Assembly: GCA_041674225.1 (NCBI GenBank)
Contig: JBAYWG010000001.1
Span: 390,273 to 454,272 of the forward strand
Direction: 5' to 3'
DNA from: Minisyncoccota bacterium
Lineage (GTDB): Bacteria; Patescibacteriota; Minisyncoccia; Phycocordibacterales; JAACPR01
DNA: 64,000 bases
Shown here in pieces: positions 36,623 through 47,206 of the stretch. Each line of letters begins with the position of its first letter. The stretch's first letter is position 1. The notes under the pieces were generated by a model that was given only the letters and a program-made list of their open reading frames with translations, was not told the DNA's origin and did no database searches. A program made the translations under genes and the position numbers.

Positions 36623-38773
36623 ATGATTGAAAAAATATTTAATACAAATTTAATTTCAAAATTGATTTTAAGTTTAGTTGTTCTTTTACCAATTTTCTAT
36701 TTACCAGCAAGTTTATCGTCTTTGATTTTTGCCAAAACAGCTTTGCTTTATTTTTTTGTTTTTGTTGTTGCTCTATGTGCTGTATTTGCTTTTCTAAAAT
36801 CAAAAGAAAAGTTTTTAGATTTTAGTTATTTTAAATTTGGTGCACTTGCAGTGGTGCTTTCTTATACTGTTTCGGCGTTACTTTCAGAAAGTTTCAGGGT
36901 TTCTTTTTGGGGAAGGGATTTAGCAATAGATAGTTGGGCAACAGTATTCAGTTTGTTTTTGCTGTTTTGTTTAATTACAAGACATTTCCAAAAGAGTTAT
37001 GCACTAAATGTTATTTTCAGTTTTATATTTGTTTCTGGGTTACTTTCAATTTTTCAATTATTAAATATTTTAGTTCCAAGCTTTCCAACTCTTGGGATTT
37101 TCTACGACGCATCATCTAGTATTTTGGGAAAAGTTAACGATCTCTCTTTGTTCTTGGTTGTTGGTGTTATTTTGATTACTTTAGCTCTAGAGCAGCTTAA
37201 AATGACAAGTAAGTTTAAAGCCATTCTTTATGTAATTGGTATTTTGAATTTGAGTCTAATATTGCTAATTAACTTTAATTTAAGTCTCTATATTATAATT
37301 GGTTTTGGAGTTATCTATTCAATTTATAAGTTTGTAGTTTATAAAAATATTAATCAAAAACTAAAAGGCGAAGATTTAAAAGTGTTCGGTGCCTCTTTGT
37401 TTTTGTTAACCATTTCTGTTATTTGGTTATTTTTTGGATCAGGGATAAGTTCAGAGTTATCTAAAAAATTAAATTTTAATTATGTTGAGGTTCGACCATC
37501 TCTTTCTAATACAATTGAAATAAGTAAAAAATCTTTAGAACAGAATTTATTCTTTGGATCAGGCCCAGCAACTTTTGAAAGAATGTGGCCGCAGTTGAGA
37601 TCAGATGAAGTTTTAAAAACAGATTTTTGGAATGTTGATTTTAGATTTGGATACGGATTAATTTCATCTTTTGGAGTTACTTTAGGTTCTGTAGGAGTTA
37701 TCGTGTGGATTATATTTTTGATAATGGTTCTTTCATATGTTATTAAATCGTTACTATTTAAAACAAAAGATTTAAGCTCTAAATTTATTTTAGATGCTTT
37801 TGCAATTTCAACCGTAGTTCTTTGGATTATTTCGGTGATGTATATTCCAACCATTAGCTTATTTGCTCTCGCGTTTATTTTCACAGGAATATTATTTGCT
37901 TTACTAAAAGATATTAAAGTAATAGAAGTTTTAAAAATTCAATTCAATCAATCTGCTGGAAAAATTTTAGCAATTGTATTCATTGTTGTTTTAGGAATAT
38001 TTTATTATGTGTTGTTAGGAAAATTTGTAGCACATTCATATTTTCAAAAAGCTCAGTTTGCTGTTGTTGAGAATAATACCGATCAAGCTCTAATTTATTT
38101 AGAGAAGTCTATAGAAAAAGATGATTTAGATATTTATCACCGATCTTTGTCAGTAATTTATACTAATTTTTTGTATCAAGAGATTAATAGCGAAAAAGAA
38201 TTAAATAAAGAAGAGTTGGAATCTATTATTCAGAAAATAATACAAAATTATGATTTGGCTATTAAATATGATCAAAATAATTACTCCAATTATTTGAACA
38301 TGGCTGACTTTTTTGCAGAGCTGCTGGCATTGGAAGTTTCACCAGAAGAAGCTTACACAATGTCTACTAATTTATATAACAAAGCTGGGCAACTAAAACC
38401 TAATAATCCTTATATTGAATTACAAAAATCTAAGCTGAGTTTTTTTAATCAAGAATATTCTAAAGCCAAAGAGGGAATCGCTAAAACAATCTCACTTAGA
38501 CCTCAATATTACGAAGCATATCTTGCTCTTTCTCAAATGGAACTTGAAATGGGAAATGGTCAGATTGCTGTCGATACTTTGACTGAATATTTGAAAATAA
38601 TGCCAGATGATCATAATGCGATGTTTCAATTAGGGTTACTTTATGCCGGTGTGAATGATTATCAAAATGCTGCTATTATTTTTCAAAACCTTCAATCAAT
38701 ATATCCAGAAGATCAAAACCTAAGGGGTGTGTTGGAAAACATTAAAAATGGTAATTTAAGTGATACAATATAA
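36623..38773 (+). CDS. Polytopic membrane protein with C-terminal TPR repeats (O-antigen ligase/Wzy-like, hypothetical)
   Basis: At least 10 predicted TM helices, then a TPR-like C-terminal domain. Confidence 0.45.
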   Translation: MIEKIFNTNLISKLILSLVVLLPIFYLPASLSSLIFAKTALLYFFVFVVALCAVFAFLKSKEKFLDFSYFKFGALAVVLSYTVSALLSESFRVSFWGRDLAIDSWATVFSLFLLFCLITRHFQKSYALNVIFSFIFVSGLLSIFQLLNILVPSFPTLGIFYDASSSILGKVNDLSLFLVVGVILITLALEQLKMTSKFKAILYVIGILNLSLILLINFNLSLYIIIGFGVIYSIYKFVVYKNINQKLKGEDLKVFGASLFLLTISVIWLFFGSGISSELSKKLNFNYVEVRPSLSNTIEISKKSLEQNLFFGSGPATFERMWPQLRSDEVLKTDFWNVDFRFGYGLISSFGVTLGSVGVIVWIIFLIMVLSYVIKSLLFKTKDLSSKFILDAFAISTVVLWIISVMYIPTISLFALAFIFTGILFALLKDIKVIEVLKIQFNQSAGKILAIVFIVVLGIFYYVLLGKFVAHSYFQKAQFAVVENNTDQALIYLEKSIEKDDLDIYHRSLSVIYTNFLYQEINSEKELNKEELESIIQKIIQNYDLAIKYDQNNYSNYLNMADFFAELLALEVSPEEAYTMSTNLYNKAGQLKPNNPYIELQKSKLSFFNQEYSKAKEGIAKTISLRPQYYEAYLALSQMELEMGNGQIAVDTLTEYLKIMPDDHNAMFQLGLLYAGVNDYQNAAIIFQNLQSIYPEDQNLRGVLENIKNGNLSDTI

Positions 38774-38778
38774 ACGAT

Positions 38779-38964
38779 ATGAAAAAATTTCAACAAGTAA
38801 AATTATTAGTGTTAGTGGTTTTATTATTAGTATCGCCGATTTTATGGATAGTTTTGGGGAATATTCCGGTAGATTTTAACGACACTCAATCTTGGATTTA
38901 TTTAATTACTTTTGCAGTTTTGGCACTTGCTGTGTTTTTTGCTTTAGACTCGAATAAAAAGTAG
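38779..38964 (+). CDS. Small two-TM membrane protein
   Basis: 61 aa, hydrophobic. Confidence 0.35.
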   Translation: MKKFQQVKLLVLVVLLLVSPILWIVLGNIPVDFNDTQSWIYLITFAVLALAVFFALDSNKK

Positions 38965-39015
38965 TTTTATTGTGGATATGGTGGAAATTATTTTAAAATA
39001 ATCCGTGTTACAATT

Positions 39016-39690
39016 TTGATATATTCATTTAAAATAAATATAATGATAAAAAACATTTTAAGCACAATATTTATTTTTACCCTGCTGATTGGATGCATTC
39101 CTTTTTTTGAACCATCGATTCTAAATGCTATAGAAGATGAAGTTCTTGTAAACCTTACTGTTGATTCTGGAATTTCTATTACATCTCCTGCGGACGTGAC
39201 AATGTCTAACTTAGGTACTTCTGTAAATACATCTACTGGTGGAGCTGTTTGGAATGTAAAAACCAATGATCCTGACGGCTATAGTCTTTCTGTAAAAGCA
39301 TCTGCTGCTCCTGCTATGGTTAGTGGTGGAAATAGTTTTTTGGATTACACCGAAGCTACACCAGGAACTCCTGATGCTTGGTCTGTTGATGCCTCTACTA
39401 TTCAATTCGGTTTTTCTGGGTTAGGGACAGATGTTGTCAATGTGAACAGTGATCAATATGCTGCTACAGGTCAAACTACATGTGATAATGGTGTGGCTTC
39501 ATCGACTGTTAATTCAACACTAAGATTTTTAGGTTTTGAAACATCAAATCAAACTCTTGCAACTCGAGCAGCAACCACAACTACGGCTGGAATTGATACG
39601 AGAATTTGTTTCGCGGCTGCGCAAAACGGAGTATATGCACCAGCAGGGGCATATCAAGCTACTATTACAGCTACTGCAGTGGCGCTTTAA
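39016..39690 (+). CDS. Secreted WxL-like cell-surface protein (paralog A)
   Basis: Signal peptide. Shares ISITSPADV / GYSLSVKASAA / YQATITATAVAL blocks with 40701-41456. Confidence 0.5.
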   Translation: MIYSFKINIMIKNILSTIFIFTLLIGCIPFFEPSILNAIEDEVLVNLTVDSGISITSPADVTMSNLGTSVNTSTGGAVWNVKTNDPDGYSLSVKASAAPAMVSGGNSFLDYTEATPGTPDAWSVDASTIQFGFSGLGTDVVNVNSDQYAATGQTTCDNGVASSTVNSTLRFLGFETSNQTLATRAATTTTAGIDTRICFAAAQNGVYAPAGAYQATITATAVAL

Positions 39691-39693
39691 GAT

Positions 39694-40704
39694 ATGGATT
39701 ATATAATAAATTTTATGTTTAAAAGAGAATCAAAAATAAATTCTTTAGCGATTTTGTTTTCATTGATTTTTATTTTAATTTCTATCCCTCAAGTTTCTGA
39801 TGCTCAGGTTACAAGGGAACAGTTGGGAGTAGAGCTTTTGAATGATTTTGTTTTGGAACCAGCTAAAAATGAAGTTTTATTAAACCCCGGAGAATCTTCT
39901 GTGGAGTATTTATCTATTATTAATAGAAAAGCCGTAAATGTGGATTTTCAAATTCAAATAGAAGATATTGTTGGATCTGATGATATTGCAGAACAGGTAA
40001 AACTTTTAGGTGATGAAAAAGGTCCTTATTCTCTAAAAGATTTTTTGATTCCAGAAATTACGGAATTTACACTTGAGCCAGGCGAAAAAATTACTATTCC
40101 TGTACGTGTAGAGCTTTCACAGGATGCTGAGCCTCGAGGTTATTATGGTGCTTTAATTGTTTCGTCTAGAGGAGATGATAGTAGAGTAGATTCTAATGGA
40201 GAAGTAAGTGGTAAAACAGAAATTATAACTAGATTGGGTTCAATTTTTCTTGTGAGAATAAATGGAGATGTGATTGAAAAAAGTGAGCTGGTAGATTTTA
40301 AAACAATCGGTCCTAAAAAATACGTTTATTTCTCTAATCCAGAAGGTTTTGAGGTTGCGATAAAAAATAAAGGAAATGTTCACTTGGTTCACTATGGAGA
40401 AATAAAAATTAAAAATCTTTTTGGTAAAGAAGTGACTAGTCTGCCAATAAATGCTTTCTTTTCACTTCCAGATTCAACTAGATATAGAGAATTGTCGTGG
40501 AAAGATGGTTTTGCTTTTGGTTTTTATAGAGCGGAATTAGCTTTATATCAAGGTTTTGAAAATGAAGATGGTTTTCTAGATTCAAATATTTGGTTTTTTG
40601 TACTTCCTTGGAAACTAACACTAGGTTTGTTGCTGTTAGCCTTCGTTATCTTTGTAGTTATTAGATATTTTAAAAAGAATTTTAAACTGGAAAGAAAAAA
40701 ATGA
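39694..40704 (+). CDS. Cell-surface protein with signal peptide and C-terminal TM anchor (DUF916/DUF3324-like)
   Basis: Sec signal, beta-rich body, C-terminal hydrophobic helix plus a basic tail. Confidence 0.45.
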   Translation: MDYIINFMFKRESKINSLAILFSLIFILISIPQVSDAQVTREQLGVELLNDFVLEPAKNEVLLNPGESSVEYLSIINRKAVNVDFQIQIEDIVGSDDIAEQVKLLGDEKGPYSLKDFLIPEITEFTLEPGEKITIPVRVELSQDAEPRGYYGALIVSSRGDDSRVDSNGEVSGKTEIITRLGSIFLVRINGDVIEKSELVDFKTIGPKKYVYFSNPEGFEVAIKNKGNVHLVHYGEIKIKNLFGKEVTSLPINAFFSLPDSTRYRELSWKDGFAFGFYRAELALYQGFENEDGFLDSNIWFFVLPWKLTLGLLLLAFVIFVVIRYFKKNFKLERKK

Positions 40705-41456
40705 GAGATGTTTTTCATTCTATTCTAATTACATTACTAGTTTTTATTTCAATCATCCCGGTTATTTCTGTTGGACAAGTACGAGAAAGCGCAAATTATA
40801 AAATAGAAAGAGATAGTTTGAATGTAGGAGGTGGATTTAGTTCTAGTGCTAATTATCAGACGGAGAGTTCTGTTGGTGAGGTATCAACTGGTTTTTCAGA
40901 TAGCGACAACTATACTGTTTCAGCTGGATTTCAACAAAGTTTAGAGGCATCTTACATCTCAATTTCTTCTCCTGCTGACTTAAATATGGATTCTGTGAAT
41001 GGTTTGACTGGAGGTGTTTCAACTTCTTCAATTGCTTGGACTGTAACTACAAATAACAACGCAGGATATTCTTTGGCTATTAAAGCGAGCACAGATCCTG
41101 CTTTGAAATCGGTACTCGATGAATTTCAGGATTATGGAATCGCTGTGACGGATCCAGATTTTGATTTTTCTATAGATTCTACAACAGCAGAATTTGGATT
41201 TAGCCCAAGTGGGACACATATCTTAGATAAATTTAAAGATAACGGCAGTGTTTGTAATTCTGGTTCTGGAGACACTCTTTATAAGTGTTGGGAAGGTCTA
41301 GCAACTTCTTCACAAACCGTAGCTCAAAGTGCGTCTTCAAACGATCCTTCTGGAACTGTTACAACAATTCACTTTCAAGCTGAGTCTGGTGCAGATAAAA
41401 TTTTAACGGCGGGGAGTTATTCTGCTACAATAACAATGACGGCCTTGGCGCTTTAG
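40701..41456 (+). CDS. Secreted WxL-like cell-surface protein (paralog B)
   Basis: Paralog of 39016-39690. C-terminal YSATITMTALAL resembles the WxL C-terminal motif with the Trp replaced. Confidence 0.5.
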   Translation: MRDVFHSILITLLVFISIIPVISVGQVRESANYKIERDSLNVGGGFSSSANYQTESSVGEVSTGFSDSDNYTVSAGFQQSLEASYISISSPADLNMDSVNGLTGGVSTSSIAWTVTTNNNAGYSLAIKASTDPALKSVLDEFQDYGIAVTDPDFDFSIDSTTAEFGFSPSGTHILDKFKDNGSVCNSGSGDTLYKCWEGLATSSQTVAQSASSNDPSGTVTTIHFQAESGADKILTAGSYSATITMTALAL

Positions 41457-41467
41457 TCATTTTTGAA

Positions 41468-42586
41468 ATGAATAAAAGAAAAGAAAGTATAATATTTTTT
41501 GTAGTAATTTTATTTTTATTTAGTACACCTCTTTTTTTAAAGGCCCAATTAAACACACAATCTGGTGATACGGATGTAAATTTGATAGTGGAGGGTTGTA
41601 ATAATAATTTAATTTGTGAGGCAAATATAGGAGAAGATTTGGCAACATGTCCTAATGATTGCTCATTTATACCTCCAGCCGAAGATGATGAAGAGCCTAC
41701 TCGTGATTCTAATCGTCCTCCTAGTTTGAGACAAGATTTTTTTTCTGAATCTAATTTAATTCAACATCTTCCACCTACTAATTTAAAAATATCAATTGAA
41801 GAAAAGAACGTTTATTTATTTTGGAATAATCCCAAAGATGTAAATTTTGATTTTATTAGAATAATGAAAAATAATTATTACACCACCAATCCATATGAAG
41901 GGAGTATTGTGTATGAAGGAAATTTAGAATCACAGTCTGATTATTTGGAAAAGTTTGATGAAGATTATTTTTATATATTTTTTGCAAAGTATAAAGATGG
42001 AAATTTCTCTGCGCCGGTAGTTGTGAGCGTGAATTCAAGAAAACCTAGTATTTTTGAAGATATTAAAAAAGAAGTGAAGGATGATATTGAAATAAATCTA
42101 GAAAAACCTTTCGAACCAATATTCTTTTCAGATAAACTAAATCTATATGAAATAAATTTTACTCAGAACGGCGAAAGAATCTTCTGGAAAAAGGATATTT
42201 TAAAGGCTTATAGCGATATTCCAATAGAATTATCTTTTTCAAAGAAAAATATTTTTGCACCAATAGATAATTATTTTATAGAAATAGATTTTTTTGATTC
42301 AAATGATGTCTTTTTGAGAAGAGAAGTGATGAAGATAGATTATATTGGAGGAGCTGAGACATATAAGGGTAATATTTCTAATCTATCTTTTGTGAGTAGA
42401 TTGAGTTTTAAAATTTACATTGCGGAAAAAGGCGAACAAAAAAATGTTGTTGCTGGTATAATAGATTTTAGTAATAAAGTAGAAGAATTTCCAACCACTA
42501 GATCTTTTGAAAAATATATACTCATAATACTCATTATGTTGTTTATATTATTCATCTTTTTCAAGAAGAAACGCAAGGATAACTAA
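41468..42586 (+). CDS. Secreted protein with C-terminal TM anchor and basic tail (FN3-like, hypothetical)
   Basis: Signal peptide, C-terminal ILIILIMLFILFIFFKKKRKDN. Confidence 0.45.
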   Translation: MNKRKESIIFFVVILFLFSTPLFLKAQLNTQSGDTDVNLIVEGCNNNLICEANIGEDLATCPNDCSFIPPAEDDEEPTRDSNRPPSLRQDFFSESNLIQHLPPTNLKISIEEKNVYLFWNNPKDVNFDFIRIMKNNYYTTNPYEGSIVYEGNLESQSDYLEKFDEDYFYIFFAKYKDGNFSAPVVVSVNSRKPSIFEDIKKEVKDDIEINLEKPFEPIFFSDKLNLYEINFTQNGERIFWKKDILKAYSDIPIELSFSKKNIFAPIDNYFIEIDFFDSNDVFLRREVMKIDYIGGAETYKGNISNLSFVSRLSFKIYIAEKGEQKNVVAGIIDFSNKVEEFPTTRSFEKYILIILIMLFILFIFFKKKRKDN

Positions 42587-42644
42587 TTTTTTCAAACAAA
42601 AAAAATGTTAAAATTTAAGCGGCGATGGCCAATGCTTTTTTGTT

Positions 42645-45600
42645 ATGAAAAAATTATTAATTAAAACTTTAACATTCAAAATAATCTTAATATTGGCCTT
42701 ATTAAATTTTTCTTTAATTGATTCAAAAGACGTCTTTGCCGCTATTAATCCAGAAATAAATTATCAAGGAAGACTTCTTGATGACCTTGGAGATCCTGTT
42801 GCTGATACTGATTTTAATATTCAATTTAAACTATATACAGTAGATACTGGAGGTACGGAAATTTGGACAGAAAATCATTGTTATTCTCCGGATGATGGTG
42901 CAACTTGTGATGGAACAGGTGTAGATAGCAGAATTACCACAAGAGACGGTTTGTTTAGTGTGATGCTTGGAAGTGTCAACTCACTTTCTGATGTTGATTT
43001 CAATCAAACACTTTATTTGGGAATAAATATTGGAGGAACGGGAGACACTCCTAGTTATGACGGAGAAATGACACCTAGAAAAGTACTCGGAGCTGTACCT
43101 GCAGCTTTTGAAGCTGGAAAATTGAATGGAATTACATCCGATCAATTTTTTAGAAATGATATTTTAAATGCTACAAACAGTGCAACAACTTCACTTGCGA
43201 TTCAACAAAACGGTGCCGGAAAAGTGGCGGAATTTTTCGGCTCAACTGGAAATAGTTTGTTTACAGTGCAGTCGAATGGAAATGTGGGGATTGGGACATC
43301 AACACCATCTGCAATGCTTGCTGTACATGGAACATTCTATGCTTCAAGTACTTCAAGTTTTGGTTCTGATGTCTCACTACTTAATTCTTCAAAATTATAT
43401 TTGAACCCATATGATTATATTTATAGTAATGGTGGAGGTTCTACATATTTATCTAGCCCTTTTGCACAATCTGTATTTATAACTTCAGGACAATCAGCTC
43501 AGTCTGCCTCTCTGAAACTATCAACTTCTGAGAATAAAAGTGCTGGACTTATACATTATGACGTAGCTCATGCAAATGGAAGATTACTTGAAATGTATTC
43601 AGAACCAGGTGTTGCCTTGTCTTTTTCTCCTGCCCTTACTGAAGCAATGCGAATTACCACTGGAGGAAATGTTGGAATTGGTACAACGAATCCGACTGCC
43701 AAACTAGAAGTTAAGACTTCAGATACTGAGACATTTAGCGTATCAGGAAGAGCTCTAGGAGATTTTACCGGTTCACCAACAATTGGTGCAACAAACGGAA
43801 ACGTTTTCATAACGGATGGTGTTCGCGTTGGTAGTTATAGTGGTCTTACTTCTGTAAATATTGGACAAACCGATTACGCTAATAGTCTTATACAAGTTGG
43901 TGGTGGAAGCGCGCTGAATGGTATAGGTGTCCGACTTGGAAGTGATGAGACATACCAAGGCCCTTTTAAGGTTTTGAGTGGGAATAATACTGAGTTGTTC
44001 AGAATTATGCCAACAGGGAATGTCGGGATTGGTGCGACAGCACCTCTTGAAAAATTAGATATAGGAACTGCAGTTGCTAGCAGTGAAACAGGAAGTGCAA
44101 ATATTAAATTCAGTTACACACCCCAACCTTCAGATTTTAACAACTCTATTCGTAATTCATTTTCAGGAGTAAATAGTTTTCAAACTATGGCTTTTTATGT
44201 AAAAAGTACGAGTGAAGTAAACCCTCTTACTCTTACCGGAGATAATAGAGTTTTAATAAATGGAACACCCTCATTTAATACTGCTGTTGCTGTTGGTGCT
44301 GGGGCGGCAGGTTTGACTCCGACAGGTCAGCTTCAAATCCTCGATACTTATAATGGGGGATCTTTTGCTCACGAAACTCTGGTAATGAATTATTCTGCAA
44401 ATCAGTACAAAACAAGTTTCGGAGCTAATTTTAACAACGTTGCGGCAGACAATTTCCTTACACTTAACATTTCTTCAGGTTCATCAACTCAGGCGGCAAA
44501 TGTACAGACGTGGTTAGGAAATGGGAATGTTGGAATTGGAACAACAACACCTTCAAAAGAACTTTCAGTAGATGGTGATTTTGTGGTTACTGGTAATATT
44601 GAGGTTAGTGATTCAACTTTTCTTTCTGAAGATTATTTAAACTTTTCAAATACTGTTGGAAGCTCTGGGTTTGGGCTTAGAAACAATGCTGGTGTAATCG
44701 AGTATAAAGATTCTTCTGGTGCGTGGATTCCTTTAAATGAGATTGGTCAGGAGACATACGGGTACGTTAAATTTTCTGATGTAAAATCTGATGGTACGGA
44801 TGCTGGTACGGCAACTTCAGGCTCTTGGTTTACAAGAACTCTAAATACAGAATCAGACGATACTATTGGTTCAACTCTTTCTTCAAATACTTTTACACTA
44901 CCAGCTGGTACTTATCGCATAGATGCGAAAGTTCCGGGATTCCATGTTAATGGACATCAATCTAGGTTATATAACGTTACAGACGGTGCCGTTTCTTTAT
45001 TAGGGTCAAATGCAACTGCTGTAAATTTACTTTCTGCTACACATTCATTTATCAATGGTGTTATAACAATAGCCTCAGAAAAAACTTTTCGTATTGAACA
45101 AAGAGTTCAAACAACTAGAGCTAGTGATGGTCAGGGTTCTGATAATGGTTTTGCTGGAACTGATGAATTATATACGGTTGTAGAGGTTAGTAGTTTAACG
45201 GCAGAATCTGCAGCTTCTGGATCTTGGACAGTTAATGGAAGTGATATAAGTTTTGAAGGGGGAAAGGTTGGTATTGGAACATCTAACCCAACTACAGGTT
45301 TATTGGTTTTGGAAAGCTCTGCATCCTCAGCGTTTGACGGATTGTCGCTTATAAACAGTGTATCAGGAACAGGGCTCGGCTCTAATCGTATTTTGTTTGG
45401 TCGAAGTGTCGCTAGCAATCATCAGCAAGCCGCTATTATTTCAGATATCACGCTAGCAAACGACTTCGGTGAAGGCTACCTCGCCTTCCAGACACAGACT
45501 GCAGGAGCACTAGCGGAGCGTATGCGTATAACAAACTCAGGTGATATTGGAATTGGTACTAGTACTCCACAAAGAAGACTACATGTTCAAGTTGGTTCGG

Positions 45601-46418
45601 ATGTTGCACCTGTTCGTTTCCAAGATTCAAATGGATATTGTGAAATTAATCCAACTTCTACTACTTGGACATGTACCTCTGATCAAAGATTGAAAGAAAA
45701 CATTCTTGACGTTGCAAGCACTACACCAGATTTATTTGAAAAAATGATGCAATTACGACCTGTAACTTTTGAATGGAAAACAGATGAAACAAACACTACT
45801 CGAGTTGGGCTTATTGCTCAAGAGGTCGAACTAATTTTTCCTGAGTTTGTGACAACAGATTCTGAAACAGGCTTAAAAACTGTTGCTTACGGTTCTTTTG
45901 TTCCATATTTAATATCTGTAGTGCAAGATTTAGCTAATAAACTTGGTGAGTTAGCAAAAAGAATTGATGAAATAGATTTAGTTGGAGGATTTATTGCAAA
46001 ACTAACAATCGGTTCTAGTGAAAAACCAACTGGCGTGACTTTATATGATGAAGTGACAGGAGATCCTTATTGTATGTCTGTGAGAAATGGAGATATGGTG
46101 ACAAAATTTGGTGAATGTACAGATGAATCACAAGAACCTACAGGAAATTCTAATGATGATACTGGAGAAATACCTCATATTTTCAACTCGAATATAGAAG
46201 AAGAGGAGAATCCAGATATTATTTTTGAAGATGAAATTGTTGATGTTGAAGAAATCTCCGAGGTAGATGAAGTTGAAGAAATTATTGAAATTGAAGATGT
46301 TTCTATAATAGAAGAAACAGAAGAGGTAGAAGAAGTGGAGGAACTGGACACAACAGAAGAGGTGCAAGTGATTTTTGAAACGAATAATTCCTCAGGTTCT
46401 GTAGAATTAAATCTGTGA
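42645..46418 (+). CDS. Giant secreted tail-fibre-like protein with C-terminal peptidase S74 intramolecular-chaperone domain and acidic tail
   Basis: At least six GNVGIGTxxP repeats. TSDQRLKENI...LIAQEVE matches the S74 auto-cleaving chaperone signature. Poly-Glu C-terminus. Confidence 0.7.
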   Translation: MKKLLIKTLTFKIILILALLNFSLIDSKDVFAAINPEINYQGRLLDDLGDPVADTDFNIQFKLYTVDTGGTEIWTENHCYSPDDGATCDGTGVDSRITTRDGLFSVMLGSVNSLSDVDFNQTLYLGINIGGTGDTPSYDGEMTPRKVLGAVPAAFEAGKLNGITSDQFFRNDILNATNSATTSLAIQQNGAGKVAEFFGSTGNSLFTVQSNGNVGIGTSTPSAMLAVHGTFYASSTSSFGSDVSLLNSSKLYLNPYDYIYSNGGGSTYLSSPFAQSVFITSGQSAQSASLKLSTSENKSAGLIHYDVAHANGRLLEMYSEPGVALSFSPALTEAMRITTGGNVGIGTTNPTAKLEVKTSDTETFSVSGRALGDFTGSPTIGATNGNVFITDGVRVGSYSGLTSVNIGQTDYANSLIQVGGGSALNGIGVRLGSDETYQGPFKVLSGNNTELFRIMPTGNVGIGATAPLEKLDIGTAVASSETGSANIKFSYTPQPSDFNNSIRNSFSGVNSFQTMAFYVKSTSEVNPLTLTGDNRVLINGTPSFNTAVAVGAGAAGLTPTGQLQILDTYNGGSFAHETLVMNYSANQYKTSFGANFNNVAADNFLTLNISSGSSTQAANVQTWLGNGNVGIGTTTPSKELSVDGDFVVTGNIEVSDSTFLSEDYLNFSNTVGSSGFGLRNNAGVIEYKDSSGAWIPLNEIGQETYGYVKFSDVKSDGTDAGTATSGSWFTRTLNTESDDTIGSTLSSNTFTLPAGTYRIDAKVPGFHVNGHQSRLYNVTDGAVSLLGSNATAVNLLSATHSFINGVITIASEKTFRIEQRVQTTRASDGQGSDNGFAGTDELYTVVEVSSLTAESAASGSWTVNGSDISFEGGKVGIGTSNPTTGLLVLESSASSAFDGLSLINSVSGTGLGSNRILFGRSVASNHQQAAIISDITLANDFGEGYLAFQTQTAGALAERMRITNSGDIGIGTSTPQRRLHVQVGSDVAPVRFQDSNGYCEINPTSTTWTCTSDQRLKENILDVASTTPDLFEKMMQLRPVTFEWKTDETNTTRVGLIAQEVELIFPEFVTTDSETGLKTVAYGSFVPYLISVVQDLANKLGELAKRIDEIDLVGGFIAKLTIGSSEKPTGVTLYDEVTGDPYCMSVRNGDMVTKFGECTDESQEPTGNSNDDTGEIPHIFNSNIEEEENPDIIFEDEIVDVEEISEVDEVEEIIEIEDVSIIEETEEVEEVEELDTTEEVQVIFETNNSSGSVELNL

Positions 46419-46428
46419 TAAAATTACT

Positions 46429-47202
46429 TTGATGTCTGCTAGAAAGAAGCTCGTTATCGGCAATTGGAAAATGAATCCCCAAACTCTTATTGAAGCTAAG
46501 CGTATTTTCTCTACATTTAAAAAAACTAAAAGAGATGACAAAGGTGCGACTGTAGTTTTTTGTCCACCGTTTCCATTTATTAATGAACTTAGTAAAAGTT
46601 ATTCAGGAACTAGAATATTTTTTGGTGCACAAGATTTGTTTTGGAAAGAAGAAGGTTCTTATACAGGGGAAGTGAGTCCAAAAATTTTGCAAAGTGTTGG
46701 AGCTAAATTTGTAATTGTTGGACATTCTGAAAGAAGAAGTCTTGGAGAGAGTGAATCTGTGGTATGTGAAAAAGTAAAAGCGACTTTGAAGGCTGGAATG
46801 CACGCTGTTCTTTGTGTTGGAGAATCTACAAGAGATATTCACGGAAAATATCTGCACACTTTGAAAGAACAAATTTTGTCTGCACTAGATGGAGTTGAAG
46901 TTTCTTCTTTGAAACGATTGATTGTGGCGTATGAACCTGTTTGGACAATCGGAGAAGGACACACCGCAATTGATAATCATGATTTACATCAGACAATTTT
47001 ATTTATTAAGAAACAATTGATTGAAAAGTATGACCGAAAAGTCGGAGATGCAATCTCAATTGTTTATGGAGGATCTGTGGATTCGGAAAATGCCAATCTT
47101 TTGATTAAAGAAGGGGGAGTAGATGGATTTTTGGTTGGAAGAAATAGTTTGAATGCATTTGAATTCGCAAAAATAATTTCAGAAGTTTCAAGAAAAAAAT
47201 AA
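46429..47202 (+). CDS. tpiA: Triosephosphate isomerase
   Basis: NWKMN, IVGHSERR and YEPVWAIG-type motifs. Confidence 0.9.
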   Translation: MMSARKKLVIGNWKMNPQTLIEAKRIFSTFKKTKRDDKGATVVFCPPFPFINELSKSYSGTRIFFGAQDLFWKEEGSYTGEVSPKILQSVGAKFVIVGHSERRSLGESESVVCEKVKATLKAGMHAVLCVGESTRDIHGKYLHTLKEQILSALDGVEVSSLKRLIVAYEPVWTIGEGHTAIDNHDLHQTILFIKKQLIEKYDRKVGDAISIVYGGSVDSENANLLIKEGGVDGFLVGRNSLNAFEFAKIISEVSRKK

Positions 47203-47206
47203 TTTT

